A stretch of DNA of 64,000 nucleotides from an uncultured Acidobacteriota bacterium (GTDB lineage Bacteria; Acidobacteriota; Vicinamibacteria; Fen-336). The position numbers were made by a program, and so were the translations under genes. Positions 42,639 to 51,734 of this stretch are shown piece after piece. The notes under the pieces were generated by a model, which saw only the letters and a list, made by a program, of their open reading frames with translations, did no database searches and had not been told where the DNA came from. Each line of letters opens with the position of its first letter. Within the stretch, counting starts at the first letter, position 1. The DNA is taken from assembly GCA_963720545.1 (NCBI GenBank), contig OY970399.1, positions 3,683,344 to 3,747,343 on the forward strand, written 5' to 3'.

Positions 42639-44246
42639 GTGATGCTGCTCAGGGTGGTGGTCGTCACCACCCTGCTCGCGAGCGCCATTTACATCGAGTC
42701 GACGTGGGAGCCGGTTCGCGCCTTCAACCCGTTCTACCTGCTCATTATCGCCACCTACCTGGTGACGCTCGGTGCGGTGATGCTGCTGCGCCTGGGTGCG
42801 GCGCCAGCGACAATCGCGTTCGTCCAGGCCACGTTCGACCTGTTCTTCGTCACGAGCCTCGTTTATCTGGCCGGCGTGTCGGAGCCACGGTCGGGATTCA
42901 TCGTCCTCTACCCGCTCGCCGTGCTGGCGGCAGCAACGCTGATGCCGCCGCGGGCTGCCATCACCATCGCAATAGCAGCAGTGGTGGCTTTTGTAGCACT
43001 CTACGTGTCGCTCGGTGCGGGCTACCTGCCCGGTTATGGCGGTTCCACCGGCGGTCGCTTTCCGGGCACCCGCGTCCTTCTCTACTCGACCATCATCCTG
43101 GCGGTGTCCTGTGTCGGCGTCGCATGGATAGGTGGATATCTCATGGAACGGCTACGCGCCGCCGGCGCGAGCCTTGAACTCGCAACCGACCAGGTCTCGA
43201 GCCTACGGGAACTGAACCAGGCCATCGTCGCGAGCATCCACAGCGGCCTGATGACGGTGGATGCCGAAGGACGCATCCTGTACGTCAACGACCGGGGCGC
43301 TGCAATCCTCGAAGCCGACCGCAGGAGCCTGCGCGGCAGCTTGCTTGCCGTGGTGCTGAAATCTCCCCATTTCGAACCCGCCCTGCTCGAGGCGCGAGTT
43401 GAGCAGCGACTCGGACGAGACAGAACAGAGGTGGCGGTTGGACTGGCGGAGCGAGGCACGCTGGTGCTCGGGTTGTCGGTCGCTCCGTTGACAGCCGGCG
43501 ACCCGGCGCTTGGCCGCTATCTCGTCACCTTTCAGGACCTCACCGACATCAAGAAACTGGAGAATGAGTCGCGCATCAATGAGAAGCTGGCTGCCATTGG
43601 CGAGATGGCGGCTCAGCTGGCTCATGAGATTCGCAATCCGTTAGGTGCGATCAGTGGTTCCGCGCAGGTGCTGCTTCGCGAAGATGGCGTTGGCGAGGAG
43701 CAGGCTGAACTCTTGAACATCATCCGGACCGAATCGAAGCGCCTCTCGGACGCCCTCAACCAGTTCTTGCGGGGCGCGCGGCCTGCTGGATCTTCGTTTC
43801 AGCCGATCGACCTCGGACCCGTCGTCGAGGAGACAGTCGCCCTGCTGCGAAACAGCCCTGAACTTCTGCCCAGCCACTCGATCCAGTCCGACATCGCTCC
43901 GGGGCCTCACATCTGCCTCGCAGATGCCGACAGCATCAAGCAGGTGGCGTGGAACCTGGCGCGCAACGGAATCGAGGCGATGCCCGCAGGGGGTTGCCTC
44001 AGGGTAAGCGTCGCATCGAGCCCGGACGAAGTGACGTTCAAGGTCGCGGACCAGGGCCGGGGCATCGACGCTGCGACCGCGCATCGGCTGTTCGAGCCGT
44101 TCCACACAGGCTCGAAGGGAGGCACCGGAATCGGCCTGGCGATTGTCTATGCGATCGTCAAGGAGCATCGTGGCCGCATCACCATTCGTAACCTCGATCG
44201 CGGAGGCGCGGAGGTGGACGTGCGACTGCCCGGACCAGCCAGTTGA
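42639..44246 (+). CDS. pilS: PilS-type sensor histidine kinase (six TM, PAS, HisKA, HATPase)
   Basis: It has a polytopic N-terminus, the H-box 'MAAQLAHEIRNPLGAI', 'NLARNGIEAM' and 'GTGIGLAIV'. It sits between pilC and a sigma54 activator. Confidence 0.75.
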   Translation: MMLLRVVVVTTLLASAIYIESTWEPVRAFNPFYLLIIATYLVTLGAVMLLRLGAAPATIAFVQATFDLFFVTSLVYLAGVSEPRSGFIVLYPLAVLAAATLMPPRAAITIAIAAVVAFVALYVSLGAGYLPGYGGSTGGRFPGTRVLLYSTIILAVSCVGVAWIGGYLMERLRAAGASLELATDQVSSLRELNQAIVASIHSGLMTVDAEGRILYVNDRGAAILEADRRSLRGSLLAVVLKSPHFEPALLEARVEQRLGRDRTEVAVGLAERGTLVLGLSVAPLTAGDPALGRYLVTFQDLTDIKKLENESRINEKLAAIGEMAAQLAHEIRNPLGAISGSAQVLLREDGVGEEQAELLNIIRTESKRLSDALNQFLRGARPAGSSFQPIDLGPVVEETVALLRNSPELLPSHSIQSDIAPGPHICLADADSIKQVAWNLARNGIEAMPAGGCLRVSVASSPDEVTFKVADQGRGIDAATAHRLFEPFHTGSKGGTGIGLAIVYAIVKEHRGRITIRNLDRGGAEVDVRLPGPAS

Positions 44247-44292
44247 GTCCGCGCCTGAGGGCCGTGACAATCGTGACCACGGAACGAGCCAT

Positions 44293-45660
44293 ATGAGAAA
44301 CGTGCTGGTCGTCGACGACGAGGCGTCGCTGCGCGATGTCCTCGGCATTGCGCTGCGCAAACAAGGCTACACGGTGCAGACAGCCAGCAGCCGGGAGAGC
44401 GCCGCGAAAGCGCTCGCGGCCGGTCCCGTGGACCTCGTGCTCACCGACGTGCGGCTTCCGGACGGCGACGGCATCGAGATCTTGCGGCACGTCAAGTCGG
44501 CGTCACCTGACACCGTCGTCATCGTCATGACGGCTTTCGGATCCACCGAGAATGCGGTTGCTGCGTTGAAGCTCGGAGCCTACGACTACCTGATCAAGCC
44601 GTTCGACATCGATGAGCTGCAGATCGTCGTTGGCAACGCATTCGAGCGCCAGGAGCTCAAGTCGCAGGTCTTGACGCTGCGCGACCAGCTCAAGGCTCGC
44701 GCCGACTTCCAACGTGTCATCGGCCGCTCGGCCGTCATGGCTCGGGTGATCGAGATCGCGCGGGCGGTGGCGTCTACCAGTTCCACGATACTGCTGACGG
44801 GGGAGAGCGGCACCGGCAAGGAAGTGCTGGCGAAGGCGATTCACCTTGCTTCGCCGCGGCGGGAGAAACCGTTCGTTTCGATAAATTGCGGGGCCTTGCC
44901 CGAGAGCCTGCTCGAAAGCGAGCTGTTTGGCCATGTCAAGGGAGCGTTCACCGACGCGCACCAGAACAAGAAGGGCTTGTTCGAGGCCGCACACCTGGGG
45001 ACGATTTTTCTCGACGAGGTGGGTGAGATGCCGTTCGCCATGCAGGTGAAGCTGCTGCGCGTGCTGCAGGAACGCACCATCCGCCGGGTTGGCGACCAGG
45101 TCGAGATTCCCGTGGATGTGCGGGTGATCGCCGCCACCAACCGTGCGCTCGAGAAGATGGTGCGCGACGGCACGTTCCGCAGCGACCTTTACTATCGCCT
45201 CAACGTCATACCGCTGCCGATCCCGCCGCTGCGCGAACGCAAGGAAGATATTCCACTGCTCGTCGACCATTTCCTGCGGCTGTTGGCAGTCCGTATGGAG
45301 AAGACCGCGCCGGTCATGGCGCCGTCGGAGCTCGGCACCCTGCAGAGGCACGACTGGCCGGGGAACGTGCGGGAACTCGAAAACCTGCTGGAACGCGCCC
45401 TCGCGCTGGAAGTCTCGCCAGCAGTGCTCCTCGAAGAAGCTCAGCCCGCGCGAGCATCGCCGCCAGAGTCGTCCCTTCAGCCCGCAATCTCGGAAGGCTT
45501 CAGTCTCGATGGATACCTTGCATCGGAGGAGGCGCGACTCCTCAGGCGAGCACTGGAGCAGTCCGCTGGCGACCGTGCTGCGGCAGCGCGCTTGCTTGGT
45601 GTGAACGCCCGGGGACTGCGTTATCTCATTTCAAAACATCCGGAAACCGAAGGGTCGTGA
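44293..45660 (+). CDS. pilR: PilR-type sigma54-dependent response regulator (REC, AAA+, Fis-type HTH)
   Basis: Motifs seen: 'VLVVDDE..DLVLTDVRLPDGDG', Walker A 'GESGTGKE', 'GAFTDA', 'RSDLYYRLNV' and the HTH 'AARLLGVNARGLRYLISKH'. The start is set at the ATG at 44293 inside ORF 44143..45660. Confidence 0.85.
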   Translation: MRNVLVVDDEASLRDVLGIALRKQGYTVQTASSRESAAKALAAGPVDLVLTDVRLPDGDGIEILRHVKSASPDTVVIVMTAFGSTENAVAALKLGAYDYLIKPFDIDELQIVVGNAFERQELKSQVLTLRDQLKARADFQRVIGRSAVMARVIEIARAVASTSSTILLTGESGTGKEVLAKAIHLASPRREKPFVSINCGALPESLLESELFGHVKGAFTDAHQNKKGLFEAAHLGTIFLDEVGEMPFAMQVKLLRVLQERTIRRVGDQVEIPVDVRVIAATNRALEKMVRDGTFRSDLYYRLNVIPLPIPPLRERKEDIPLLVDHFLRLLAVRMEKTAPVMAPSELGTLQRHDWPGNVRELENLLERALALEVSPAVLLEEAQPARASPPESSLQPAISEGFSLDGYLASEEARLLRRALEQSAGDRAAAARLLGVNARGLRYLISKHPETEGS

Positions 45661-45665
45661 CGTCA

Positions 45666-45692
45666 ATTGTCGGCGTGCGACAATATTTGTCG
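45666..45692 (+). promoter_or_regulatory. Candidate enhancer (UAS) for the pilA promoter: palindrome plus a third half-site
   Basis: ATTGTCG-N5-CGACAAT (45666-45684) is followed by TTGTCG (45687-45692), about 85-95 nt upstream of the -24 element. Confidence 0.4.
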
Positions 45693-45760
45693 CGCCGGTG
45701 ACCGTTCATCAAGATGGTGTAAGTATATGTGTTTAAAGGCTTTAAACGTTACACAAACCT

Positions 45761-45776
45761 TGGCATCTGCCTTGCT
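45761..45776 (+). promoter_or_regulatory. sigma54 (-24/-12) promoter of pilA
   Basis: TGGCAT-ctgcc-TTGCT matches the consensus TGGCAC-N5-TTGCW. It lies about 60 nt upstream of the pilA ATG and downstream of a sigma54 activator gene. Confidence 0.65.
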
Positions 45777-45836
45777 CTATAGGTCCCCGTGCCGCCGATT
45801 GAGCGGCCCAAGACGGAGTCAAAGGAGACTCTAACC

Positions 45837-46376
45837 ATGAAGAACCAAAAGGGCTTTTCGCTCATCGAGCTGCTGATCGTTATCGTGATCATCGGGATCA
45901 TCGCCGCGATCGCGATCCCCAGCCTTCTCCGCGCCCGCGTGTCCGCCAACGAGGCAGGCACCATCGGCGACAACCGAACGGTTTCGTCGGCCATGGTCGC
46001 CTACAGCTCGGCCAACGGCGGGTTTTTCGACAACGTGTTCACCTGTTTGTCCGCGCCGACCGGTTGCATCCCGAGCTATCCGGCTACCGCCCCGACGTTC
46101 CTCGACACCTCGCTTACGGCCAGCCCGCTTGCGAAGTCTGGTTACACGCGGGTGTTCACGGGCGACGCCACGGCCGCGGGCCTCAACGTCCTTGTCAACT
46201 CCCCCACGAGCACCGGTATGTACTGCTACGATTCGACTGCGGTCGCGCAGAACAGCACGGGCGTGCGCTCCTTCAGCACCGACGCTTCGGGAAAGATTTG
46301 CTTCGACCCCGCTGGCGCGGCCATTGGCTGCGTTCCTGCTACCGGTCTGCCCGCCGCCTGCACGGTGCTTCCGTAG
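45837..46376 (+). CDS. pilA: Type IVa major pilin
   Basis: It has an AAGGAG RBS and a 6-aa leader 'MKNQKG|FSLIELLIVIVIIGIIAAIAIP' with Glu5. The protein is 179 aa with six Cys. Confidence 0.85.
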   Translation: MKNQKGFSLIELLIVIVIIGIIAAIAIPSLLRARVSANEAGTIGDNRTVSSAMVAYSSANGGFFDNVFTCLSAPTGCIPSYPATAPTFLDTSLTASPLAKSGYTRVFTGDATAAGLNVLVNSPTSTGMYCYDSTAVAQNSTGVRSFSTDASGKICFDPAGAAIGCVPATGLPAACTVLP

Positions 46377-46403
46377 TCTGTAGTCGCCGATCGTCGCAGT
46401 GTT

Positions 46404-46430
46404 GGGGGGCTTCGGCCCCCCTTTTCTTTT
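46404..46430 (+). terminator. Rho-independent terminator after pilA
   Basis: GGGGGGC-TTCG-GCCCCCC stem-loop followed by TTTTCTTTT. Confidence 0.85.
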
Positions 46431-46531
46431 GCTGCTCCTCGAAGCGTTCGCGAGACAGTCGCACGAGGAAACTGGCTGCGCTTCGCGGACTTTGTTCCGC
46501 CGTTCAAGGCCGCTAAGATCCAAAATCACCG

Positions 46532-47482
46532 ATGAACGCCATTGAGATCGCAGGCCTCTCGAAGTCCTATCGAGTTGGCACCTTTGGTTCCAAGCGACGC
46601 GCTGTGCTGCAGGATCTGAGTCTCGCCGTCCCATCGGGTGAAATCTTCGGATACCTTGGGCCCAATGGCTCCGGCAAGACGACCACGCTCAAACTGATCA
46701 TGAGCCTGATCCGTGCTGACGCCGGCACGATCCGCGTGCTCGGCGTCCCCTTCCAGGACCCCAGTTGGCGCGCCCGCGCTGGATACATGCCGGAGAATCC
46801 CTATCTCTACGACTACCTCACGCCAACGGAGTACCTGGACTACGTGGGCCGGCTCTTCGGTCTCGCTGCGTCCACCAGGCGTGAACGATCTGGCCGCCTG
46901 CTGGATCTTGTGGGCTTGGGGCCATGGGCGAAAGCGCCTCTTGGTCGTTTCTCGAAAGGAATGCTGCAGCGTGCCGGCATCGCCCAGGCGCTGATGAACG
47001 ATCCCGACATCGTGTTTCTGGACGAACCAATGTCCGGCCTCGATCCGATTGGCCGACGTTTGATGCGAAACATCCTTCTCGAGCTGCGGTCGTCGGGCAA
47101 GACGGTCTTCTTTTCAACCCACATCCTCTCCGACGCTGAGAACCTCTGCGACAGCGTTGCCGTCCTTGCGGCGGGGCGACTGCTGCGAGCCGGGCGAATC
47201 GACGAGATCGTGAAACTCGACATTTCACATTTTGAAGTCCTGACCAGCGGACTTGCGGGGAACGCCCCAGGAGAACTCCCGGCCAGTGCCCGCGTGCGAA
47301 CGATGGCTGATCGCTGCGAGATCGCCGTTCCGGAACAGGACCTGCCCGTCGTTCTGCGAGTCGTCGACAAGCTTGGAGGACGCGTTCTGGCGGTCAATCC
47401 AGTACGACAGTCGCTCGAGGACTATTTCGTCGACCAGGTGCGTGACTACGAGGGAGCGGAGCCAACGTGGACGGCAGACTGA
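46532..47482 (+). CDS. ABC transporter ATP-binding protein (M. xanthus PilH-like position)
   Basis: It has Walker A 'GPNGSGKTT', signature 'FSKGMLQR' and Walker B 'IVFLDEP'. Confidence 0.85.
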   Translation: MNAIEIAGLSKSYRVGTFGSKRRAVLQDLSLAVPSGEIFGYLGPNGSGKTTTLKLIMSLIRADAGTIRVLGVPFQDPSWRARAGYMPENPYLYDYLTPTEYLDYVGRLFGLAASTRRERSGRLLDLVGLGPWAKAPLGRFSKGMLQRAGIAQALMNDPDIVFLDEPMSGLDPIGRRLMRNILLELRSSGKTVFFSTHILSDAENLCDSVAVLAAGRLLRAGRIDEIVKLDISHFEVLTSGLAGNAPGELPASARVRTMADRCEIAVPEQDLPVVLRVVDKLGGRVLAVNPVRQSLEDYFVDQVRDYEGAEPTWTAD

Positions 47483-48243
47483 ATCGCTTCCTGGCAGTCG
47501 CTGCGAATACCTTCCGCGAAACCGTTCGTGAGCGGGTTCTCTACAACCTGGTTTTGTTCGCTGTCCTCATGACGTTGTCCGGGCTCCTCATGAAGGAGTT
47601 GTCGATCCGCCAGGACGAGAAGATCGTCAAGGACATCGGTCTCGCCGCCATGGAACTCTTCGGGATCGTGATCGCGCTCTTGATGGGAGCCGGCCTCGTA
47701 TCCAAGGAAGTCGATCGCCGTTCTCTCTATCCGCTGCTGGCGAAGCCGCTCAGCCGCGGTGAGTTCTTTTTGGGCAAATTCACCGGCCTCGCGTTCACCA
47801 TACTCGTCAACCTTGCCGCGATGACCCTGGGCCTGTTCGCTACATTGCGCATCACGGGTCACGCGTTCGACCTGGAACTGTTGAAGGCAATCGTTCCCCT
47901 CTATGTCGGGCTGTTGCTCATCGTCGCCCTTACTCTGTTCTTCTCCACGATCACCTCGATGGTACTGACTGTCGTCTTCACGACGTGTCTGGTGATCGCC
48001 GGCCGGTACTCCGACATCATAAGGAACATGCAGGAAGTCCTGCCCGGTGCCCCCGGATGGATCACGCGGGCTCTCTATTTCGCGCTGCCGAACTTCGCGA
48101 ACTTCGACTTCAAGAGCCGCGTCGCCCACGGCGACATCGTGCCGTGGACCGCCGTCGCTGCCGTTGTTCTCTATGGACTGGTCTACGTCCTCCTGGCGCT
48201 GGCGGCCGGTGTGGCTCTCTTCAGGCGCAAGGAGTTCCGGTGA
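47467..48243 (+). CDS. ABC-2-type transporter permease (PilI-like position)
   Basis: It has six predicted TM helices and a GTG start that overlaps the ATPase gene. Confidence 0.7.
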   Translation: MDGRLNRFLAVAANTFRETVRERVLYNLVLFAVLMTLSGLLMKELSIRQDEKIVKDIGLAAMELFGIVIALLMGAGLVSKEVDRRSLYPLLAKPLSRGEFFLGKFTGLAFTILVNLAAMTLGLFATLRITGHAFDLELLKAIVPLYVGLLLIVALTLFFSTITSMVLTVVFTTCLVIAGRYSDIIRNMQEVLPGAPGWITRALYFALPNFANFDFKSRVAHGDIVPWTAVAAVVLYGLVYVLLALAAGVALFRRKEFR

Positions 48244-49112
48244 ACTGGGAAAAGCCCTTGATCGCCCTGTTGGCTCCGCTCGTCGTATTGTCGCAGCAGG
48301 CTGTGGACCGAGATCTCGGTGGATTTCGCGCCCAGCACGAATCGCTCTATCTCTGGTCGGGTGAGCAGATCAAGCGGTTGGCGCCTGGCTTTGAGGACAT
48401 CCTGGCCGACGTCTATTGGTTGCGTACGGTTCAGTACTTCGGCGGCCAACGAGCATATGCCGAGGGCAGGTCGTTCGAGCTCCTTCGCCCGCTCGTGGAT
48501 ATCACCACAACGCTGGATCCACGGTTGGGCATCGCCTATAAGTACGGCGCGGTCTTCCTTGCCGAGCCCAGGCCCATCGGTGCTGGCGACGCACCAGGCG
48601 GCATCGCCCTTCTCGAGAAGGGAGTGGCCGCAAACCCGGTGGACTGGCGATTGCGACAAGACCTGGGCTTCTTCCATTTCCTCTATCTGCACGACGGCGC
48701 GGGAGCTGCCCGGATATTGAACGAAGCGGCCGAAATAAGCGGTGCGCCGTACTGGCTGCGGACACTCGCCGCCCAGCTTGCGGCCCAGGGTGGGGAACGG
48801 GATGCGGCGCGCTCGATGTGGCAAGCCATGGCAGCGCAATCTGAACCCGGTCCAATCCAGGAGAATGCCAGGATGAACCTGGATATCCTCGCCGCGCTCG
48901 ATCTAAGGGACTCTCTCCAGGCTCACGTGAACAGGTTCGAGTCCACGTTCGGTCGGCGGCCGTCGTCGCTTGACGAACTCGTGCGCGAGCGTGTCATTCG
49001 CACCGTCCCGGTCGATCCGTCCGGGATACCGTACGCGTACGATGCAGGGTCGGGTCGAGTCCACCTCGCACACGACTCCAGGCTCTATCGTTCTCAGTAC
49101 GAACGGCCGTAG
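48240..49112 (+). CDS. Helical-repeat protein of unknown function, third gene of the ABC module (PilG-like position)
   Basis: The GTG at 48240 overlaps the permease stop (GTGA). It has an N-terminal hydrophobic segment and TPR-like helices. I recognise no catalytic motif. Confidence 0.5.
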   Translation: MNWEKPLIALLAPLVVLSQQAVDRDLGGFRAQHESLYLWSGEQIKRLAPGFEDILADVYWLRTVQYFGGQRAYAEGRSFELLRPLVDITTTLDPRLGIAYKYGAVFLAEPRPIGAGDAPGGIALLEKGVAANPVDWRLRQDLGFFHFLYLHDGAGAARILNEAAEISGAPYWLRTLAAQLAAQGGERDAARSMWQAMAAQSEPGPIQENARMNLDILAALDLRDSLQAHVNRFESTFGRRPSSLDELVRERVIRTVPVDPSGIPYAYDAGSGRVHLAHDSRLYRSQYERP

Positions 49113-49115
49113 CCG

Positions 49116-49895
49116 ATGGGCGCATCGCCCATGTTCGCGGTGAGTTGCTCGTTGCTGCTCGGCGTGCTCATTGGCAGCTTTGCGAACGTCTGCATACACC
49201 GGATTCCGCTCGGTCAGTCGGTGGTGACGCCGCGGTCGCGCTGCCCGCGCTGCAGCCAGCCGATCGCCGGATGGGACAACGTCCCGGTGGTGAGCTGGTT
49301 GCTGCTTGCCGGCCGTTGCCGGCGCTGCCGCGAACCGATCGCGGGCCGCTATCCCATGGTCGAAGCTGCCAACGGGGCGCTCTACGGCCTGCTCGCCGCG
49401 GTCCACGGTGTCAACGCACGCAGCGCCTTCGAGATGTTGTTGGTCACAGTGCTCATCATCCTGGCGCTCATCGATCTCGATCACCGACTCCTGCCAGACC
49501 TCATCACGCTGCCGATGATCGCCGTTGGCATCGCCGCCGCGGTGCTCGTGCCGCCTCCGGGGCCGCTGGAGTCTGGGTTGTCGGCGGCGGCGCTGTATGT
49601 CGTCTTCGCGTTTATCGCGTCGGCCTACAAGAAGGCGCGTGGCATCGACGGTCTGGGGCAGGGCGATTGGAAGATGGCCGCCATGCTCGGCGCGTTTCTT
49701 GGATGGCAAGGCGCCTTGTTCGCGGTATTTGCCGGAGCCGTACTTGGCAGCGTGATCGGCGGGCTGTTCATCGCGCTGTCTCGCCGCGGCTCGCAGTATG
49801 CACTGCCCTTCGGCACGTTCCTGGCGCTCGGCGGTGTGGCCGCCATTTTCGCAGGTCAGCAGTTCCTCGCATGGTACAGCGGTCTCCTGGACTGA
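49116..49895 (+). CDS. pilD: Prepilin peptidase / N-methyltransferase (A24 family)
   Basis: It has 'GSFANVCIHRIP' and the Zn motif 'CPRCSQPI....CRRCREPI'. The catalytic Asp regions 'IDLDHRLLPD' and 'GLGQGDWKMAAMLGAFLG' are present. Confidence 0.85.
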   Translation: MGASPMFAVSCSLLLGVLIGSFANVCIHRIPLGQSVVTPRSRCPRCSQPIAGWDNVPVVSWLLLAGRCRRCREPIAGRYPMVEAANGALYGLLAAVHGVNARSAFEMLLVTVLIILALIDLDHRLLPDLITLPMIAVGIAAAVLVPPPGPLESGLSAAALYVVFAFIASAYKKARGIDGLGQGDWKMAAMLGAFLGWQGALFAVFAGAVLGSVIGGLFIALSRRGSQYALPFGTFLALGGVAAIFAGQQFLAWYSGLLD

Positions 49896-49899
49896 AGCC

Positions 49900-50982
49900 A
49901 TGCACAGCGAACGGCGATCGCTGATCACTCTGCTGGTAGCGCTGCTCGTTGGCACGGGCGTTTTGTCGCTCTGGTCGTCCCTCAAACGCCATGCGCAGAT
50001 CCGCCAGACGGCCTCGTCGTCGGAAATCCGCCGGCAGCTGCCTGCTGGCGCTCTTGCCAGGCTCGACCGCGCAGTCGAGGCGGACGCGCTGTCAATGCGC
50101 ACCACCCTGATGCTGGAAGGACTCCTCATCGCCGGGGGACTGGCAGTCGCGGTCTTCGCCTTCGGCCGCGGCACTACCGCCGCCGGCCCGGAGGCCTCGC
50201 AAACCGCGCTGGATGCGTACGAAGAAGCCATGGAACGGATGCGCGACCAGCGCGCCCGGGAGGACGCACTGCATGAAGGCGAGATGCGGCGCTTCATGGA
50301 AACGCTCGCCGACAAGGAGACCATGGCTCGCGCCGGCGAGCTCACTGCGGGCATGGCGCATGAGGTGCGCAACTCGCTCAGCACGATCCAGGGCAACGCG
50401 CGCCTGTTGCAGCCGGGTGCAGCGGCGGCAGGGGCGCAGGAGTCGGTGGCTGCGATCCTCGCCGAGTGCGACCAGCTGCAGTCGTCCATCAAGTCGTTCG
50501 TCGATTTCATACGCCAGGAGAAACCCGAGTTCCTGCCGTTGGACCTGGAGCGCCTGCTGCGGCGGGTGGCCGCCCGCGAGCAGCGTGTCCGCGAGGGGCC
50601 CGCGATCGCGGTTCATGCCGCGGTGGCCCCCGGCGTCCTGCTCGCGGACGAAGGGCTCCTCGAGCGCGCCTTCGAGAACCTGGTTCGCAACGCTCGCGAG
50701 GCGGGATCCGGAAGCGGGCAGGTCGAGGTCCATGCGACGCAGGACGAGACCTACGTCATCGTCGACGTAAAGGACGAAGGACCGGGGCCGTCGCCCGTAA
50801 CGAGCGACCTCGGACGCCCCTTCGTCACCACCAAACCCGGCGGGCTCGGCCTGGGCCTGCCGACCGCCATAAAGATCATCCAGCTCCACGGCGGCACGCT
50901 CAGTCTCGCGAAGCGGGAGGATACTCGTGGGGCGGTAGCGCGTGTCCGGCTACCGCTTCCGATTGACCGTGTTGTTACCTAA
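49900..50982 (+). CDS. Membrane sensor histidine kinase (PilS2-like position)
   Basis: It has two TM segments, the H-box 'TAGMAHEVRNSLSTIQG', 'FENLVRNAREA' and 'GGLGLGLPTA'. The start is set at the ATG at 49900 inside ORF 49798..50982. Confidence 0.75.
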   Translation: MHSERRSLITLLVALLVGTGVLSLWSSLKRHAQIRQTASSSEIRRQLPAGALARLDRAVEADALSMRTTLMLEGLLIAGGLAVAVFAFGRGTTAAGPEASQTALDAYEEAMERMRDQRAREDALHEGEMRRFMETLADKETMARAGELTAGMAHEVRNSLSTIQGNARLLQPGAAAAGAQESVAAILAECDQLQSSIKSFVDFIRQEKPEFLPLDLERLLRRVAAREQRVREGPAIAVHAAVAPGVLLADEGLLERAFENLVRNAREAGSGSGQVEVHATQDETYVIVDVKDEGPGPSPVTSDLGRPFVTTKPGGLGLGLPTAIKIIQLHGGTLSLAKREDTRGAVARVRLPLPIDRVVT

Positions 50983-51064
50983 GGTATCACCAGTAGCCTG
51001 CGGCTGAGCGCAGTAGAACACTTTAAGTAACAGGTAACAATCGGCTTAGCCAGCGATCGGTTGG

Positions 51065-51080
51065 CGGCACAGGTGTTGCT
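51065..51080 (+). promoter_or_regulatory. Candidate sigma54 (-24/-12) promoter of the minor-pilin operon
   Basis: CGGCAC-aggtg-TTGCT matches the consensus TGGCAC-N5-TTGCW. The -12 GC lies only ~14 nt before the ATG at 51093, so the transcript would be nearly leaderless. Confidence 0.45.
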
Positions 51081-51092
51081 ATTACAGCAGCC

Positions 51093-51734
51093 ATGCACCT
51101 GACGAAAGGCCGCAGCGCTGTCCCCGAACGCGGGTTCTCCCTCGTCGAGCTCATCGTCGTCGTCTCGATCATTTGCATCGTCGCCGGGGTCATGGTTCCG
51201 CAGATTCTCACCTACATGCGCAACTACGAGATCCAGGCGGCCGCCCAGGAAGTGGCGTCGAGCATCCAGACGGCGCGCATGAAGGCGGTCGCCAAGAACG
51301 TCAACCTCGGCGTCATGTTTGAGGTGCGCGACGACCGCAACTACGGGTGGGTAGTCGAGGACGACTTCGACACGGTGACCGTGCCGAACTGGACCACTGT
51401 CGCGGACGAGGCCGACTTGTTCCTGCCCGCCGGCGGACAGTCGCCGACGCTCTTGAGCCTGCCGACCGCGGTTGTGTTCGACCCTCCAGACGAATGCCAG
51501 GCGATCGGTGCGGCAGATCGGTACGGCCTTCGTTTCAACCGGCTCGGCAGTGCGTGTGCCATCGGAGCCACCGGTTGCGCGGTTCCCGGCGGCGCAGCCG
51601 CGCCGGACCCGTTCATCAACTCCGCGGCAGCGGGTTTCAACATCTGTTTGCGCCACACGCGCACGGGACTACGTCGGCTGCTGACTATCAGCCAGAGCGG
51701 CCGCGTCACCTCGCGGCCGATTGGAGGCGCCTGA
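51093..51734 (+). CDS. Minor pilin, FimT/FimU/GspH-like
   Basis: The prepilin N-terminus is 'PERG|FSLVELIVVVSIICIVAG' and the GspH-like segment is 'AAAQEVASSIQTARMKAVAKN'. Confidence 0.7.
   Translation: MHLTKGRSAVPERGFSLVELIVVVSIICIVAGVMVPQILTYMRNYEIQAAAQEVASSIQTARMKAVAKNVNLGVMFEVRDDRNYGWVVEDDFDTVTVPNWTTVADEADLFLPAGGQSPTLLSLPTAVVFDPPDECQAIGAADRYGLRFNRLGSACAIGATGCAVPGGAAAPDPFINSAAAGFNICLRHTRTGLRRLLTISQSGRVTSRPIGGA

Noticed and set aside
46470-46490. A TGGCTG...TCGC element upstream of the ABC ATPase gene was considered as a third sigma54 promoter.
   Set aside because: The GG-to-GC spacing is off by one and the -12 TTGC is missing, so it is a much weaker match than the elements at 45761 and 51065.
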